Shown here in pieces: positions 30,563 to 40,799 of a DNA stretch of 64,000 bases. This DNA is from Cyanobacteria bacterium J06626_4 (GTDB taxonomy: Bacteria > Cyanobacteriota > Cyanobacteriia > Phormidesmidales > Phormidesmidaceae). The DNA lies in assembly GCA_038523235.1 (NCBI GenBank), contig JBCBJQ010000003.1, positions 64,001 through 128,000 of the forward strand, in the 5' to 3' direction. The position numbers were made by a program, and so were the translations under genes. Within the stretch, counting starts at the first letter, position 1, and each line of letters opens with the position of its first letter. The notes below the pieces were generated by a model. The model was not told the DNA's origin. It saw only the letters and a list, made by a program, of their open reading frames with translations, and ran no database searches.

Positions 30563-31867
30563 ATGGTAAAACCCACCGTAACGGGCTTAATTCTGGTCGT
30601 TGATGACACGCCCGCGAATTTATCTGTCATGTCTGAAGCGTTGACCGATGCGGGGTATGACGTGGCGGCGGCACTTAGTGGAGATCGCGCCCTCAAACAA
30701 ATCCAACATCAGCTGCCTGATTTGATTCTGCTCGACATTCAAATGCCAGGGATTGACGGCTTTGAAACCTGCTGCCAGCTCAAGGCAAATCCTGAAACCG
30801 CTGACATTCCGGTCATTTTTATGACGGCGCTATCCGACGCCGTCAACAAAGTAAAAGCCTTTGACCTCGGGGCGGTGGACTATGTCACCAAACCGTTTCA
30901 GGAAGCCGAGGTACTGGCTCGGGTGAGTACGCACCTGAAGCTGCGACAGTTGACCCAATCTTTGGAACAACAGGTGGCGGCTCGCACCGAAGAACTGACC
31001 AACACCCTGGAAACCTTGCAACAATCCCAGCTACAGCTGATCCAGCAGGAAAAATTTTCGGCACTGGGCGGCTTAGTCGCTGGGGTGGCCCACGAAATCA
31101 ACAATCCCCTAGGGTTCATTTCCGGTAATTTGAACCCAGCCCAAAATTATGTTCAAGATATTTTGGCGCTGTTAGCCCTTTATCAGCAGCAATTTCCCGA
31201 TCCTGGGGAAGACATTTGCGATCGCATGGAGACTATCGATCTAGAGTACATTTGCACCGATCTGCCCAAAATTCTGGTGTCGATGCGTGAGGGGACTAAT
31301 CGGATTCGCCAGATCAGCCGCAGCCTCCGCAATTTTTCCCACGCGGATAGCGATCGCAAGATGCCCTACGATCTGCGCGACGGCATGGAGAGCACCTTGA
31401 TGCTCTTGAAACATCGTCTCAAAGCCACTGAAGACCGCCCAGAAATTGAGGTGGTGAAAGCCTACGACTGCGATCGTGAGGTGGAGTGTTTTCCCAGTCA
31501 GATCAACCAGGTTTTTATGAACCTGCTGGCTAATGCTATTGATGCGTTGGAAGAGGATAATCAAGGCCGTAGCTTGGAGGAGATTAAAGCTCAGCCCAAC
31601 CAGATTTTTGTGAGTACTGAACTCAGTCCCAACCAGCAGGCTGTGGTAATTCGCATTGGCGACAATGGCATTGGGATGCCAGCAGAAATTCAATCCCAGA
31701 TTTTCGACCACTTCACAACGAAGCCGGTGAACAAAGGGACGGGTCTAGGACTTTCTATTAGCCATCAAATTGTGGTGAAAAATCACCAGGGCACAATCGA
31801 GGTTCACTCCACTCCCCGCCAGGGCACCAAGTTTGAAATTCGCTTACCGCTGGTGGTCGAAAGCTGA
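30563..31867 (+). CDS. Hybrid response regulator/histidine kinase (REC-HisKA-HATPase)
   Basis: ILVVDDTPAN, LLDIQMPGIDG, GVAHEINNPLG, NQVFMNLLANAIDA and GTGLGLSIS motifs. Confidence 0.93.
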   Translation: MVKPTVTGLILVVDDTPANLSVMSEALTDAGYDVAAALSGDRALKQIQHQLPDLILLDIQMPGIDGFETCCQLKANPETADIPVIFMTALSDAVNKVKAFDLGAVDYVTKPFQEAEVLARVSTHLKLRQLTQSLEQQVAARTEELTNTLETLQQSQLQLIQQEKFSALGGLVAGVAHEINNPLGFISGNLNPAQNYVQDILALLALYQQQFPDPGEDICDRMETIDLEYICTDLPKILVSMREGTNRIRQISRSLRNFSHADSDRKMPYDLRDGMESTLMLLKHRLKATEDRPEIEVVKAYDCDREVECFPSQINQVFMNLLANAIDALEEDNQGRSLEEIKAQPNQIFVSTELSPNQQAVVIRIGDNGIGMPAEIQSQIFDHFTTKPVNKGTGLGLSISHQIVVKNHQGTIEVHSTPRQGTKFEIRLPLVVES

Positions 31868-32003
31868 CGATTCATGGAACAGAGCGACAAACCATGGCGT
31901 CTTGTCCTAATTCTCAGCTATGGAATTCTCGATCGCAGACATCTGCGGCACCTGGTCAAAAACAGCATGGTTAAGGGAGCCAATTAGCCGCCGCAGACAA
32001 GGC

Positions 32004-33788
32004 TTACTTTGATGGGATCGCTGCGGCTAGAGAGACTGCCGCAGGGGGTGATTCAGCGATGTTGTCTGACCACCGGCTAGCGATCGGCATGCGCCATTCA
32101 GTGCCAAAGGCGCGATCGGTCACTTTGAGCACCGGAGGGGCTTGACGACGTTTGAATTCGGCCCGCGACATCAGCCGAATGACTTTGTGCACCACGGCGC
32201 GATCGTGCCCGGCAGCGACAATCTCCTCCAATGCTTCGTGACGCTGCACCAGCCGGGCCAAAATATCATCGAGCACCTCGTAGCTAGGGAGCGAATCCTG
32301 ATCGACTTGGCCGGGCTTGAGTTCGGCACTGGGAGCTTTGGTGATGATATTGCTGGGGATGATCGGGTCAGGCTTTTTCTGAGGCTGCCTTAGCAATCCC
32401 TTAGAAAAAGCCTTGTCAGGATGTTGATTCAACCAGTGACAAATTTCGTAAACGCGGGTTTTGGGCACATCGGCAATCACGGCTAGGCCACCATTCATGT
32501 CGCCATAGAGGGTGCAGTAGCCTACTGCCATCTCTGACTTATTGCCGGTAGAAAGTAACAGGTGCCCAAACTTGTTGGCGATCGCCATCAGCAGACTGCC
32601 CCGAATTCGCGATTGAATGTTTTCTTCGGCGACGCCAAACTCGGTGTCAGCAAACAGGGCTGCCAAGGTCTCGTCATAGCCGGACATCAGAGTGCCGATC
32701 GCCAGCCGTTCGCTCCGCATCCCCAGGTTCTGCACCAAGATCTCGGCATCGCTGATGGAATGGTCGGAACTATAGGGTGAGGGCATCAGCACGCCCAACA
32801 CATTTTGGGGACCCAGTGCCGCAGCAGAGATCGCCGCTACCAACGCTGAATCAACACCGCCACTCAGCCCAATCACCGCTTGGCGAAAGCCACACTTGCG
32901 GGCATAGTCTTTGACTCCCAGTACCAGCGCTGACCAAATGTCTTCATTAACGTCAGCGATCGCGGGGCGCACGTCGCCCTCGTGCAGGTCGCGAGTCGGC
33001 AAGTCGTAATGCACTGATAACAGATCGGCCTCAAAGACGCTGGCCCGTCCCACCAGTTTGCCCTGGCGACTCACTGCCACACTGCTGCCATCAAAAATTA
33101 AATCATCGTTAGCGCCAATCTGATTGGCGTAGAGAATCGGCATGTCAAACCGCTGGGCGCTATGGGTCAGCATCGCTTCTCGCACCGGCTGCTTTTGGGC
33201 ATGAAACGGTGAGGCCGATAAGTTCACCACCAAATCGACGCCGGTTTCTTTGAGGCGGGCAATCGGGTTGTTGGGATATTTCCGCTGGCCCCAAAACTGT
33301 TCGTCATTCCACAGGTCTTCGCAGATAGTGACGCCAATGTGAACGGTGCCGCCGTCGCTCTCTAGATGAAAGTGATTGACCGCCTGCCCCGGCTCAAAAT
33401 AGCGGTCTTCGTCGAACACGTCGTAGGTGGGCAGCAGTTGTTTATGAAAGACCCGCTTGATCTCCCCCGCTTCTAGCCAGGCAATGCTGTTGAAAAGGGG
33501 CTTTTCGCCGCGATCGCTGGCCCCTTGATTTGGCTCGGCAAACCCCACCAGCACCGCTACATGGGGCGGCACCTGAGCGGCTAGCGCTTCAAGCGTCTGT
33601 CGCATGGTGGTGATAAAGCGCGGTCGCAGCAGCAGGTCACGGGGCGGATACCCACACAGTGACAATTCTGGCGTCAGCACCAACCGAGCGCCCTCAGCTG
33701 CTGCTGTTTGTACGGCCTGCAGAATTTGATCCGCATTATGAGCGAGGTCACCAATGGTCGGATTGAGCTGGGCGATCGTAATTTTCAT
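32004..33788 (-). CDS. nadE: Glutamine-dependent NAD+ synthetase
   Basis: Nitrilase domain (TPELSLCGYPP, TICEDLW) plus GLSGGVDS, ENIQSRIRG and TGNKSE. Confidence 0.96.
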   Translation of the reverse strand: MKITIAQLNPTIGDLAHNADQILQAVQTAAAEGARLVLTPELSLCGYPPRDLLLRPRFITTMRQTLEALAAQVPPHVAVLVGFAEPNQGASDRGEKPLFNSIAWLEAGEIKRVFHKQLLPTYDVFDEDRYFEPGQAVNHFHLESDGGTVHIGVTICEDLWNDEQFWGQRKYPNNPIARLKETGVDLVVNLSASPFHAQKQPVREAMLTHSAQRFDMPILYANQIGANDDLIFDGSSVAVSRQGKLVGRASVFEADLLSVHYDLPTRDLHEGDVRPAIADVNEDIWSALVLGVKDYARKCGFRQAVIGLSGGVDSALVAAISAAALGPQNVLGVLMPSPYSSDHSISDAEILVQNLGMRSERLAIGTLMSGYDETLAALFADTEFGVAEENIQSRIRGSLLMAIANKFGHLLLSTGNKSEMAVGYCTLYGDMNGGLAVIADVPKTRVYEICHWLNQHPDKAFSKGLLRQPQKKPDPIIPSNIITKAPSAELKPGQVDQDSLPSYEVLDDILARLVQRHEALEEIVAAGHDRAVVHKVIRLMSRAEFKRRQAPPVLKVTDRAFGTEWRMPIASRWSDNIAESPPAAVSLAAAIPSK

Positions 33789-33940
33789 AGAGTGACAAAT
33801 ATTAATTCAAGGGGTTGGCGGGGCAAGACATAGGGAGAATCAGGTGACGGGGCTGACCGATAGATGGCTCCCCCAATGCCTTGCCCATACGGATAATCGG
33901 GGCTTGCGCGGGTTGCTTGTGATGGGGACAAACATCGTTA

Positions 33941-34687
33941 TCAGATAAACACCATCGGCTTGTCCTTTAAAATTTCAAAGGCCTCAGCATCGAAGCGATA
34001 AAGGCTAGCGGGACGCCCGGCCCCGCGCGAGGTTTTGGTGCCGGTATCCTGCAAAAAGCCCAGCTTCAGCAGCCGTGCCCGAAAGTTGGAATAGTCAGAA
34101 AATGCTTCGCCGAGGACGGTCATATAAAGCTGGTAGAGATCGCCTAAAGTGAAGCGATCGGGCAAGACATCAAAGGCGATCGGGCTATATTCCAGCTTGT
34201 TTTTCAGACGCTGATAGCCATAGGCCAAAATCTCATTATGGTCAAACGCCAGGGTCGGCACCTGCGTCAGGGGATACCAGGCAATGCCGCTGACGCCATC
34301 GGCGATCAATTCCGCTTCGGCAAAGCGGACGAGGGCAAAATAGCTGACCGATAGATATCGCACGCCAAACACCTCAGCAGATTCGCGGGGATCGCGATCG
34401 GGGCCGCCAAAGGTATACAGCTGTTCTAAATAGAGGTTGTTGACGCGAATTTTTTCTGACAGCACCCGATAGGCGGCATCTTCGAGCGATTCGCCCTGAC
34501 GCACCAGAGTACCGGGCAGGCTCCAGGTTCCCACGTAAGGCTCTTCAGACCGCATGACCAGCAGCACCAGCAGGCGATTTTGCTCTGCATCCACGGAAAA
34601 GATGACGTTGTCAACGCCCACCTTAAAGTCGGCCAGAGCGTCCGCTTCTAAGAGATCGGTTGTTTTTCTTTGGAGCTTTCCGTGCAT
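33941..34687 (-). CDS. nrtR: NrtR family Nudix/wHTH transcriptional regulator
   Basis: Degenerate Nudix box, LEQLYTFGGPDRDPR, LAFDH and wHTH GAGRPASLY; lies within the NAD operon. Confidence 0.88.
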   Translation of the reverse strand: MHGKLQRKTTDLLEADALADFKVGVDNVIFSVDAEQNRLLVLLVMRSEEPYVGTWSLPGTLVRQGESLEDAAYRVLSEKIRVNNLYLEQLYTFGGPDRDPRESAEVFGVRYLSVSYFALVRFAEAELIADGVSGIAWYPLTQVPTLAFDHNEILAYGYQRLKNKLEYSPIAFDVLPDRFTLGDLYQLYMTVLGEAFSDYSNFRARLLKLGFLQDTGTKTSRGAGRPASLYRFDAEAFEILKDKPMVFI

Positions 34688-35271
34688 GGATATAGGTGGT
34701 GTTGATCAATATAGGTTTTGACCGCCGCTGGCAGCGCATCCGGATCATCCGTCCGGCGATAGTGAGAAGAGGAAATGTCGAAGGTTTCGGGAATGTCCGC
34801 GATCGCGGCCTGTCCGCCGTGGCGACGAATGGCTTGCAAGTCGTCGTCTGACAGGTCATAGCGAGGACGCGGAATGATTAAAATCTGCACGAGTTGAAAC
34901 AGCTCTGCCGCCTGATACCAACGGGGCAACTGGGGCACCAGATCAGACCCCACCACCAGCGTTAATGCCGCCGTGGGCCAATGGGCGCGAGCGCGCTGCG
35001 CACTGACCAAGCTGCGAGAATGGCTTAGCTCAGTGTGCAGGGCGAGGGTGCCCGCTGCCGCCGCAATCTCATGAATCATCAGTTGCAGCATGGCCGCGCG
35101 ATCATCCAGGGTGCTTTGATGTGCCTTATAGGGATTGTCAGAAGCCCACACGGCCACGTGATCATAGTGGCGAGACAGCCACTGCAAGATCTCGTAGTGG
35201 CCCCAGTGGGGCGGGTCGGCACTGGTGCCAAACAGGGCGATGCGCATGGGCGTTGAAGCAGTCTCTGACAT
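34648..35271 (-). CDS. nadD: Nicotinate-nucleotide adenylyltransferase
   Basis: IALFGTSADPPHWGH, VVGSD and ISSS motifs. Confidence 0.92.
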   Translation of the reverse strand: MSETASTPMRIALFGTSADPPHWGHYEILQWLSRHYDHVAVWASDNPYKAHQSTLDDRAAMLQLMIHEIAAAAGTLALHTELSHSRSLVSAQRARAHWPTAALTLVVGSDLVPQLPRWYQAAELFQLVQILIIPRPRYDLSDDDLQAIRRHGGQAAIADIPETFDISSSHYRRTDDPDALPAAVKTYIDQHHLYPCTESSKEKQPIS

Positions 35272-35333
35272 ACAGGTAATGAGGTAAAGGTAGGGAGGGT
35301 AGTGACCGCGTTCAATCGATTTTCAGGAAAGCT

Positions 35334-36710
35334 TCAGGAATAGACTTGAGCCGGCAGTGCCGTTGTCCCCTGTCGGGTGGCCGCTGTTAACTCGGCCAGG
35401 GCAGCAGTCGTTTCGACCGGCAAGGGAGTGGCCCCCTGCACCGCTCGTACCGATGCCGGCAAAGACTGCACCGAGCGGTTTGTACGCTGAGCAATCTCCG
35501 GCAGCGACGTCAGAGGGGCCAGCAGCTTACCCGCCTGCATTACTGGCTGCAGTAAAGGCTGCGCACCGGCAGGAGGCGTTTCAGACGCCAGACCCAGGTA
35601 CTCGCTGATGCCACCATTGCCCGCATCCTGCCGAAAAATTTGCTTGCGTCCCGGATAAGTGATTTTACTCTCCGACTCTTTCATCACGGGTAGGCCATCA
35701 ATTTCCACCAGCTTATACACGCCGTTAACCGGGGTGCCAGTCACTAAGCGGGTACCAAAACCATAGCCATCGATGCAGGCCCCAGCCTGGTTCAGTCGCT
35801 CAATTTCGTATTCATCCAGATCGCCACTGGCAAAAATAGGGACGTCGGGCAGGTGCGATTGCACCTGTTGGGAGAGTGTCACTAAATCACCCGAATCTAA
35901 CCGCACCCCGGCCAGTGCCTGCTCTCCCTGCGATCGCCGCGCTGCTAGGTGCCGTGCTGCCGCCAGGGTGTCGTAGGTGTCAATCAGCAGGGGCGCACCG
36001 GGAAAATAGCGATGAAACGCCTCAAAAGCTTCCGATTCACTGCCTTCCACCGCCGCGATCGCCATCACCAAGGCATGGGCCATCGTGCCCGTTGGCTTTT
36101 GCCCCAGCTTGAGTGCCGCCAACACGTTTGAGGTGGCTGTCAGCCCCCCGGCCAGCGCCGCCCGAGCCGCCCAGACCGCCCCCTGCGGACTAAAGGCCCG
36201 TCGGGTGCCAAATTCCAGCAGTTTTGCGGTGGGGCCTGCCACATCTCGCAGCCGCGCTGCCCGCGTTGCGATCAGCGTCTGATAGTTCAGCGTGTTGAGC
36301 AAATAGGTTTCGACCACCTGAGCCTGCCATAGCGGCGCTTCGATGCGCAGCAGCGGCTCATTCGCAAACACCGCTGTACCCTCCGGCACTGCCCACACAT
36401 CACCCGTAAAGCGAGCCGCCCGCAACGTCTCCCAAAAAGCGACAGGGGCCTGGTCAAAAATGCCCGTAGCCTGCAGTTCGGTCAGGTGGCGATCGCTAAA
36501 ATGCAGTGCCTGTAGATATTCCACTGCCTGGGTCAAGCCCATCGCAATGAGATAGCCAAAATTCGGTGGTAGTCGCCGGGCAAACAGTTCGAAACTAGCG
36601 CGTCGTTGATCGAGGCCTTCGCCCACATAGCAAGCGCTCATAGTGAGCTGATACAGATCGGTCAGCAGGCTGTAGTCTTCGGGGGCAACGAGCAAAGGCG
36701 AAAGCGTCAT
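35334..36710 (-). CDS. pncB: Nicotinate phosphoribosyltransferase
   Basis: LLTDLYQLTM, EFGTRRA, GTMAH, LIDTYD, VRLDSGD and ASGDLDE motifs. Confidence 0.92.
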   Translation of the reverse strand: MTLSPLLVAPEDYSLLTDLYQLTMSACYVGEGLDQRRASFELFARRLPPNFGYLIAMGLTQAVEYLQALHFSDRHLTELQATGIFDQAPVAFWETLRAARFTGDVWAVPEGTAVFANEPLLRIEAPLWQAQVVETYLLNTLNYQTLIATRAARLRDVAGPTAKLLEFGTRRAFSPQGAVWAARAALAGGLTATSNVLAALKLGQKPTGTMAHALVMAIAAVEGSESEAFEAFHRYFPGAPLLIDTYDTLAAARHLAARRSQGEQALAGVRLDSGDLVTLSQQVQSHLPDVPIFASGDLDEYEIERLNQAGACIDGYGFGTRLVTGTPVNGVYKLVEIDGLPVMKESESKITYPGRKQIFRQDAGNGGISEYLGLASETPPAGAQPLLQPVMQAGKLLAPLTSLPEIAQRTNRSVQSLPASVRAVQGATPLPVETTAALAELTAATRQGTTALPAQVYS

Positions 36711-36843
36711 AACCGGGTCTCAATGGGAAAAGATCGAACATTCGGACAGGTCGGAGCAGCAAGGCCAGAGGCACTAGCGGGGCAGAGCAAAGGGCGATGC
36801 CATCAGGTTTGAATGGGAGTGTCACCGCCAGTTCTTTGTCGAC

Positions 36844-36864
36844 TTATGGTCATTTTAACCATAA
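36844..36864. promoter_or_regulatory. NrtR operator
   Basis: 21-bp palindrome TTATGGT-CATTTTA-ACCATAA with the GT-N7-AC core, ~135 bp upstream of pncB. Confidence 0.85.
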
Positions 36865-37145
36865 ATATTTGAATTGTCTCGTTTCATTGCTGGGCTTTCG
36901 TGATTTCTATCTGATGAGGGCAATCGGCCAGCAGGTTGTGAAAAAGACAAAATCAGACGGTAAATTAAGATACAGTCTGGTTTTGACGGTGAGCAAGCTC
37001 ATCATGATGTCAGGCAGCGATCGCGAAAATAGTGATCTCCTCACAAAAATCTGACGGCACCTTTATGGTAGAAATCATGTTTTTGATCGACGCATCGCCC
37101 GCCCCAACAGGGCTATGCTGAAGATGAGAGCTACCCACCCCAATC

Positions 37146-38030
37146 ATGGAAACATCGCCCCTGACCCGACCCGAGCCCACGTGGAAAGCCATTCTGCGAC
37201 TCATGCGTTGGGACAAACCCGCCGGGCGCTTGATTTTGATGGTGCCCGCACTGTGGTCTTTGTTTTTAGCGGCGCGGGGCACCCCACCCTGGGGGCTGCT
37301 GGTCGTTATTATTGTCGGCAGCCTGATCACGAGTGCAGCGGGCTGCATCGTCAATGATCTGTGGGACCGCGACATTGATCCGCAGGTGCAGCGCACTCGC
37401 ACCCGGCCATTAGCCTCGAAGGCGCTCTCAGTAAGGATTGCGATCGCGTTGGCGATCGTCGCGTTTCTCTGTGCCTATGGCCTCACCTTCTATCTCAATC
37501 GCCTCACCTTTTGGCTCTGTGTGGCCGCAGTGCCCGTGATTGTGCTCTATCCCTTAGCGAAGCGCGTGTTTCCGGTGCCGCAGCTAGTGCTGGCGATCGC
37601 CTGGGGGTTTGCCGTGCTGATTCCCTGGGCCGCAGTGACCGGAGGGTTAGAACTGGCGGCGTGGCTGCTGTGGGGGGGCGTCATTTTTTGGACGTTGGGG
37701 TTTGACACGGTTTATGCCATTCCTGATCGCGAGTTTGATGCTCGCCTCGGCGTCAATTCCAGCGCGCGATTTTTTGGCCGGCGCACACCGCAGGCGGTGA
37801 CGCTGTTTTTTGCCATAGCAGTTGTCCTGCTGGGCCTGACTGGCTGGGTCATGGCATTAAGCTGGCCCTACTGGGTGACACTAGTGTTGGCCATTGTCGT
37901 CTGGGGCCGCGAAGGCTATTTGCTCAGTCTGTACAATCCGCCGCCGTCGCTCTATGGGCGCATCTTTCGGCAAAATGTGCTGCTCGGCTTTGCCCTGCTG
38001 GGGGGCATGGTGCTGGGCTTATTGCTCTAA
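37146..38030 (+). CDS. ubiA: 4-hydroxybenzoate solanesyltransferase (plastoquinone synthesis)
   Basis: RWDKPAGRLIL, NDLWDRDID..RT..RPLAS and GFDTVYA..DREFD motifs. Confidence 0.93.
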   Translation: METSPLTRPEPTWKAILRLMRWDKPAGRLILMVPALWSLFLAARGTPPWGLLVVIIVGSLITSAAGCIVNDLWDRDIDPQVQRTRTRPLASKALSVRIAIALAIVAFLCAYGLTFYLNRLTFWLCVAAVPVIVLYPLAKRVFPVPQLVLAIAWGFAVLIPWAAVTGGLELAAWLLWGGVIFWTLGFDTVYAIPDREFDARLGVNSSARFFGRRTPQAVTLFFAIAVVLLGLTGWVMALSWPYWVTLVLAIVVWGREGYLLSLYNPPPSLYGRIFRQNVLLGFALLGGMVLGLLL

Positions 38031-38124
38031 GCCATCGGGTGCTGCAAGAGGGGTGGAGTTCAGCTATCAAGGGCGGGGAAATCAAGGGTCAGTGGAGCAG
38101 ATTGCGGTGATTGGCAACATAGGG

Positions 38125-39564
38125 ATGAATTGGCGCAACCGAGGACTGGGTATTGGTGGGGGACTTCTCGGGGCGATCATCGCCGCCTGCCCTGCCGTCG
38201 CGCTATGCCCCGCCGATTTGCCAACGGCAATAGAAGCGATCGCCCAGCACCCGGAGTTAGCCCGTGCTCGTGTGGGCATCCAGATAGAAACGCTGGACGG
38301 CGAGGCCATTTATAGTCGGTCGGGCGATCGCTTTTTTGTGCCCGCTTCGACGCTGAAGCTGGTGACGACCGCTGCCTTGCTGACCGAACTCGGCCCCGAT
38401 TATCGCATTCGCACCTCCGTCTTGGGCACGGTTGATGGCGTCGGTCGCGCCACACTGCAGGTGGTTGGTTACGGTGACCCCAGTTTTGATCGGTCTGATC
38501 TCGCAGACTTGGCGAGTCAAGTCAGTGAACTAAACGTGCGTCAGGTCGATATTTTGTACGGGGACGATAGCGCCTTTGCGGGCGAAGCCGTCAACCCCAA
38601 TTGGGAATGGGAAGATGTGCAGGCGGGCTACGGTGCGCCAGTCAACGCCTTGATTTTAGAGGAGAATGAAATCGGCCTAAGTCTGCACCCGCAAACCGTC
38701 GGTCAGCCGCTGCAGGTAGTGTGGGATGTTCCCAGTCAAGGAGCGGGGTGGACGATTGAGAACACGACGCGCACAGTCGCACCGGGAGAGTCTGAGTTTG
38801 TCAGCGTCGGGCGTGATTTGAGCCAGCCGGTGCTGCGGGTCGCGGGTCAGCTCGTCGCCGGATCAACGCCCGAGCCGGTTTCTCTTGCCGAACCGAATCC
38901 GGGGCCAGCTTTTCTCAATGCGATGCAAACAGCGCTGGCGGGGCAGGGCATTGAAGTGCAGCAAGTTCGCCTAGGGCCTCTGCCCTCCACCCAGAATTGG
39001 GGGGTGCTGGCCGTCGTGCAGTCGCCATCGCTGGCAGAGCTGCTCATCCCTACCAATCAAAGCAGCAATAATCTCTATGCGGAAGCGCTGCTCAAAATGC
39101 TGGGTAGTCGTCGCAATCCGTCAGCCGAGGACGCGACGGCAGGGGGCATTGCGATCGCCCTGAACCGTTTGCAAACGCTGGGACTTGATCCAGCTGACGT
39201 GGTGATGGTGGATGGTTCGGGGCTAGCGCGGAAGAACCTGATCACCCCGGCGGCACTCGTTGATGTGTTGCAAATCATGGCCAGATCGCCCCAAGCCGAC
39301 GTCTTTCGCGAATCATTGGCGGTGGCGGGACAAAGCGGCACGCTGCGCCATCGCTGGCTCGACACGCCAGTTGAGGGACAGTTGAGCGGTAAGACTGGGG
39401 CCATCAGCCGCAATTTTGCCTTGGCGGGCTACCTACAGCCTGAGCGCTATGCGCCAGTTGCCTTCACCATTTTTCTCAACAATATTGATGCCCCCGGTCG
39501 CGTCGCGCGATCGCTGATCGACGAAATGGTACTGGCGATCGCGGCTCTCGAACCCTGTGAATAA
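38125..39564 (+). CDS. dacB: D-Ala-D-Ala carboxypeptidase/endopeptidase (PBP4)
   Basis: PASTLK (SxxK), SNNLYAE (SxN), DGSGL and GKTG. ATG 38125 starts a signal peptide. Confidence 0.92.
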   Translation: MNWRNRGLGIGGGLLGAIIAACPAVALCPADLPTAIEAIAQHPELARARVGIQIETLDGEAIYSRSGDRFFVPASTLKLVTTAALLTELGPDYRIRTSVLGTVDGVGRATLQVVGYGDPSFDRSDLADLASQVSELNVRQVDILYGDDSAFAGEAVNPNWEWEDVQAGYGAPVNALILEENEIGLSLHPQTVGQPLQVVWDVPSQGAGWTIENTTRTVAPGESEFVSVGRDLSQPVLRVAGQLVAGSTPEPVSLAEPNPGPAFLNAMQTALAGQGIEVQQVRLGPLPSTQNWGVLAVVQSPSLAELLIPTNQSSNNLYAEALLKMLGSRRNPSAEDATAGGIAIALNRLQTLGLDPADVVMVDGSGLARKNLITPAALVDVLQIMARSPQADVFRESLAVAGQSGTLRHRWLDTPVEGQLSGKTGAISRNFALAGYLQPERYAPVAFTIFLNNIDAPGRVARSLIDEMVLAIAALEPCE

Positions 39565-39670
39565 GACTGCCTGGCGAACGTCATCCCTGCCCAGCTCTCT
39601 AACTTCACCCCCACAGATGGATCTGGGCAAATTAGAACCGTAGTTGTAGCGAAACTGAAAGCGGTCAACG

Positions 39671-40207
39671 ATGCTCAGGAAGTTTTGGACTAAAAAACGA
39701 ATCGCGATGGCGCTATTTGTCATCGCCTTACTGCCGCTCGGCTTTGCGGGCCTAGTCGCCGTCATCGTTTATGACGCGGAAAACAGCTATCGGGATTATG
39801 ACCGCGTTAAGGCTTGCCTGCAAAAACATCAATTCAAAGTTGGCGAAGGTTGGCAGCATCGGGATATGTATCTAGAAGATTTTGGTTGGCAGGTGCAGCT
39901 AGCCAACGAACAGTGGATTGAACTCAACATTTACGACGGCAGTCCGATTCGCACCTGTCGCTCGCGTCTACAAGGATTGCGGGTGACAACCTCGGGGGCG
40001 TTCGCAGACGACGCCTATCTGCCCTTCGACCATCCATCATTAACCGAAGTGACGGGAGATAACCCTTTGGCAACGGTCGAGGATGTGCTGGTTGACCTTG
40101 AGGATTTGCTCAGTTGGGCGGCAGCCAATCCAGATGCCCTACTTTCTCGAGAGGCCGTTTCTCAACCAAGCCGTTATCTGAGAATTAAGACTGTGAATGT
40201 CAAATAG
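39671..40207 (+). CDS. Hypothetical membrane-anchored protein
   Basis: 178-aa ORF with basic N-terminus plus TM helix; no recognised family. Confidence 0.65.
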   Translation: MLRKFWTKKRIAMALFVIALLPLGFAGLVAVIVYDAENSYRDYDRVKACLQKHQFKVGEGWQHRDMYLEDFGWQVQLANEQWIELNIYDGSPIRTCRSRLQGLRVTTSGAFADDAYLPFDHPSLTEVTGDNPLATVEDVLVDLEDLLSWAAANPDALLSREAVSQPSRYLRIKTVNVK

Positions 40208-40735
40208 CGGCACGATCTGATCTCAGTCGACCTCATAGCGCGACGATTTTGGCCTTGAATAGGCAAGATATCCCAGTTGACCTCAATTTCCGATGTCATT
40301 TCAACAGTGCGGAACGAGATGACTGAGACGTAAAAACAGCTCGGGCGATGCCCCTTCTCAGTGAAAGTTAGGTAGGGAAATTTGATCGCAGAGGCAGCTG
40401 ACGATGGTTCCAGTTTGCTTTCCAAAGGCTACCGCCATGAGGCCAAACCGCTCTCAAAGAGCCATGATGTCATCCATTCGCTAGCCGAAAACTGCAGGTT
40501 GCTTGTTCCCACAGGTCACGTAACAAGGCGCTTTTGACAGGCGTAAATCTACGGATTGAGGTGGGCAATCTGGGGAAAGATCTAGACGGATTTTGCGTGG
40601 ATTTTGTGACGTCATCCCCATTGGGAAAGCGCAGAATAGATTTAACTCTGAAGAATGCAAGCAGCGACAATTAAATCACTCTGTTGGGGGCAATTTGAGT
40701 GGTTTAACTAGCTGCGTTAAGCGCTCTTACGAGTA

Positions 40736-40775
40736 AAATGCCTGATCCTTGGGGGCTTTAGGGTCAGGCTATTTT
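40736..40775 (-). terminator. Terminator downstream of dapB
   Basis: GCCTGATCCT...AGGGTCAGGC stem flanked by AAAAT and ATTTT. Confidence 0.55.
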
Positions 40776-40799
40776 CTTATTTAAAGGCTGAGACAACCA

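Noticed and set aside
37894..38124. N-terminal extension of dacB in the ORF track
   Set aside because: It overlaps ubiA; the signal peptide begins at ATG 38125.
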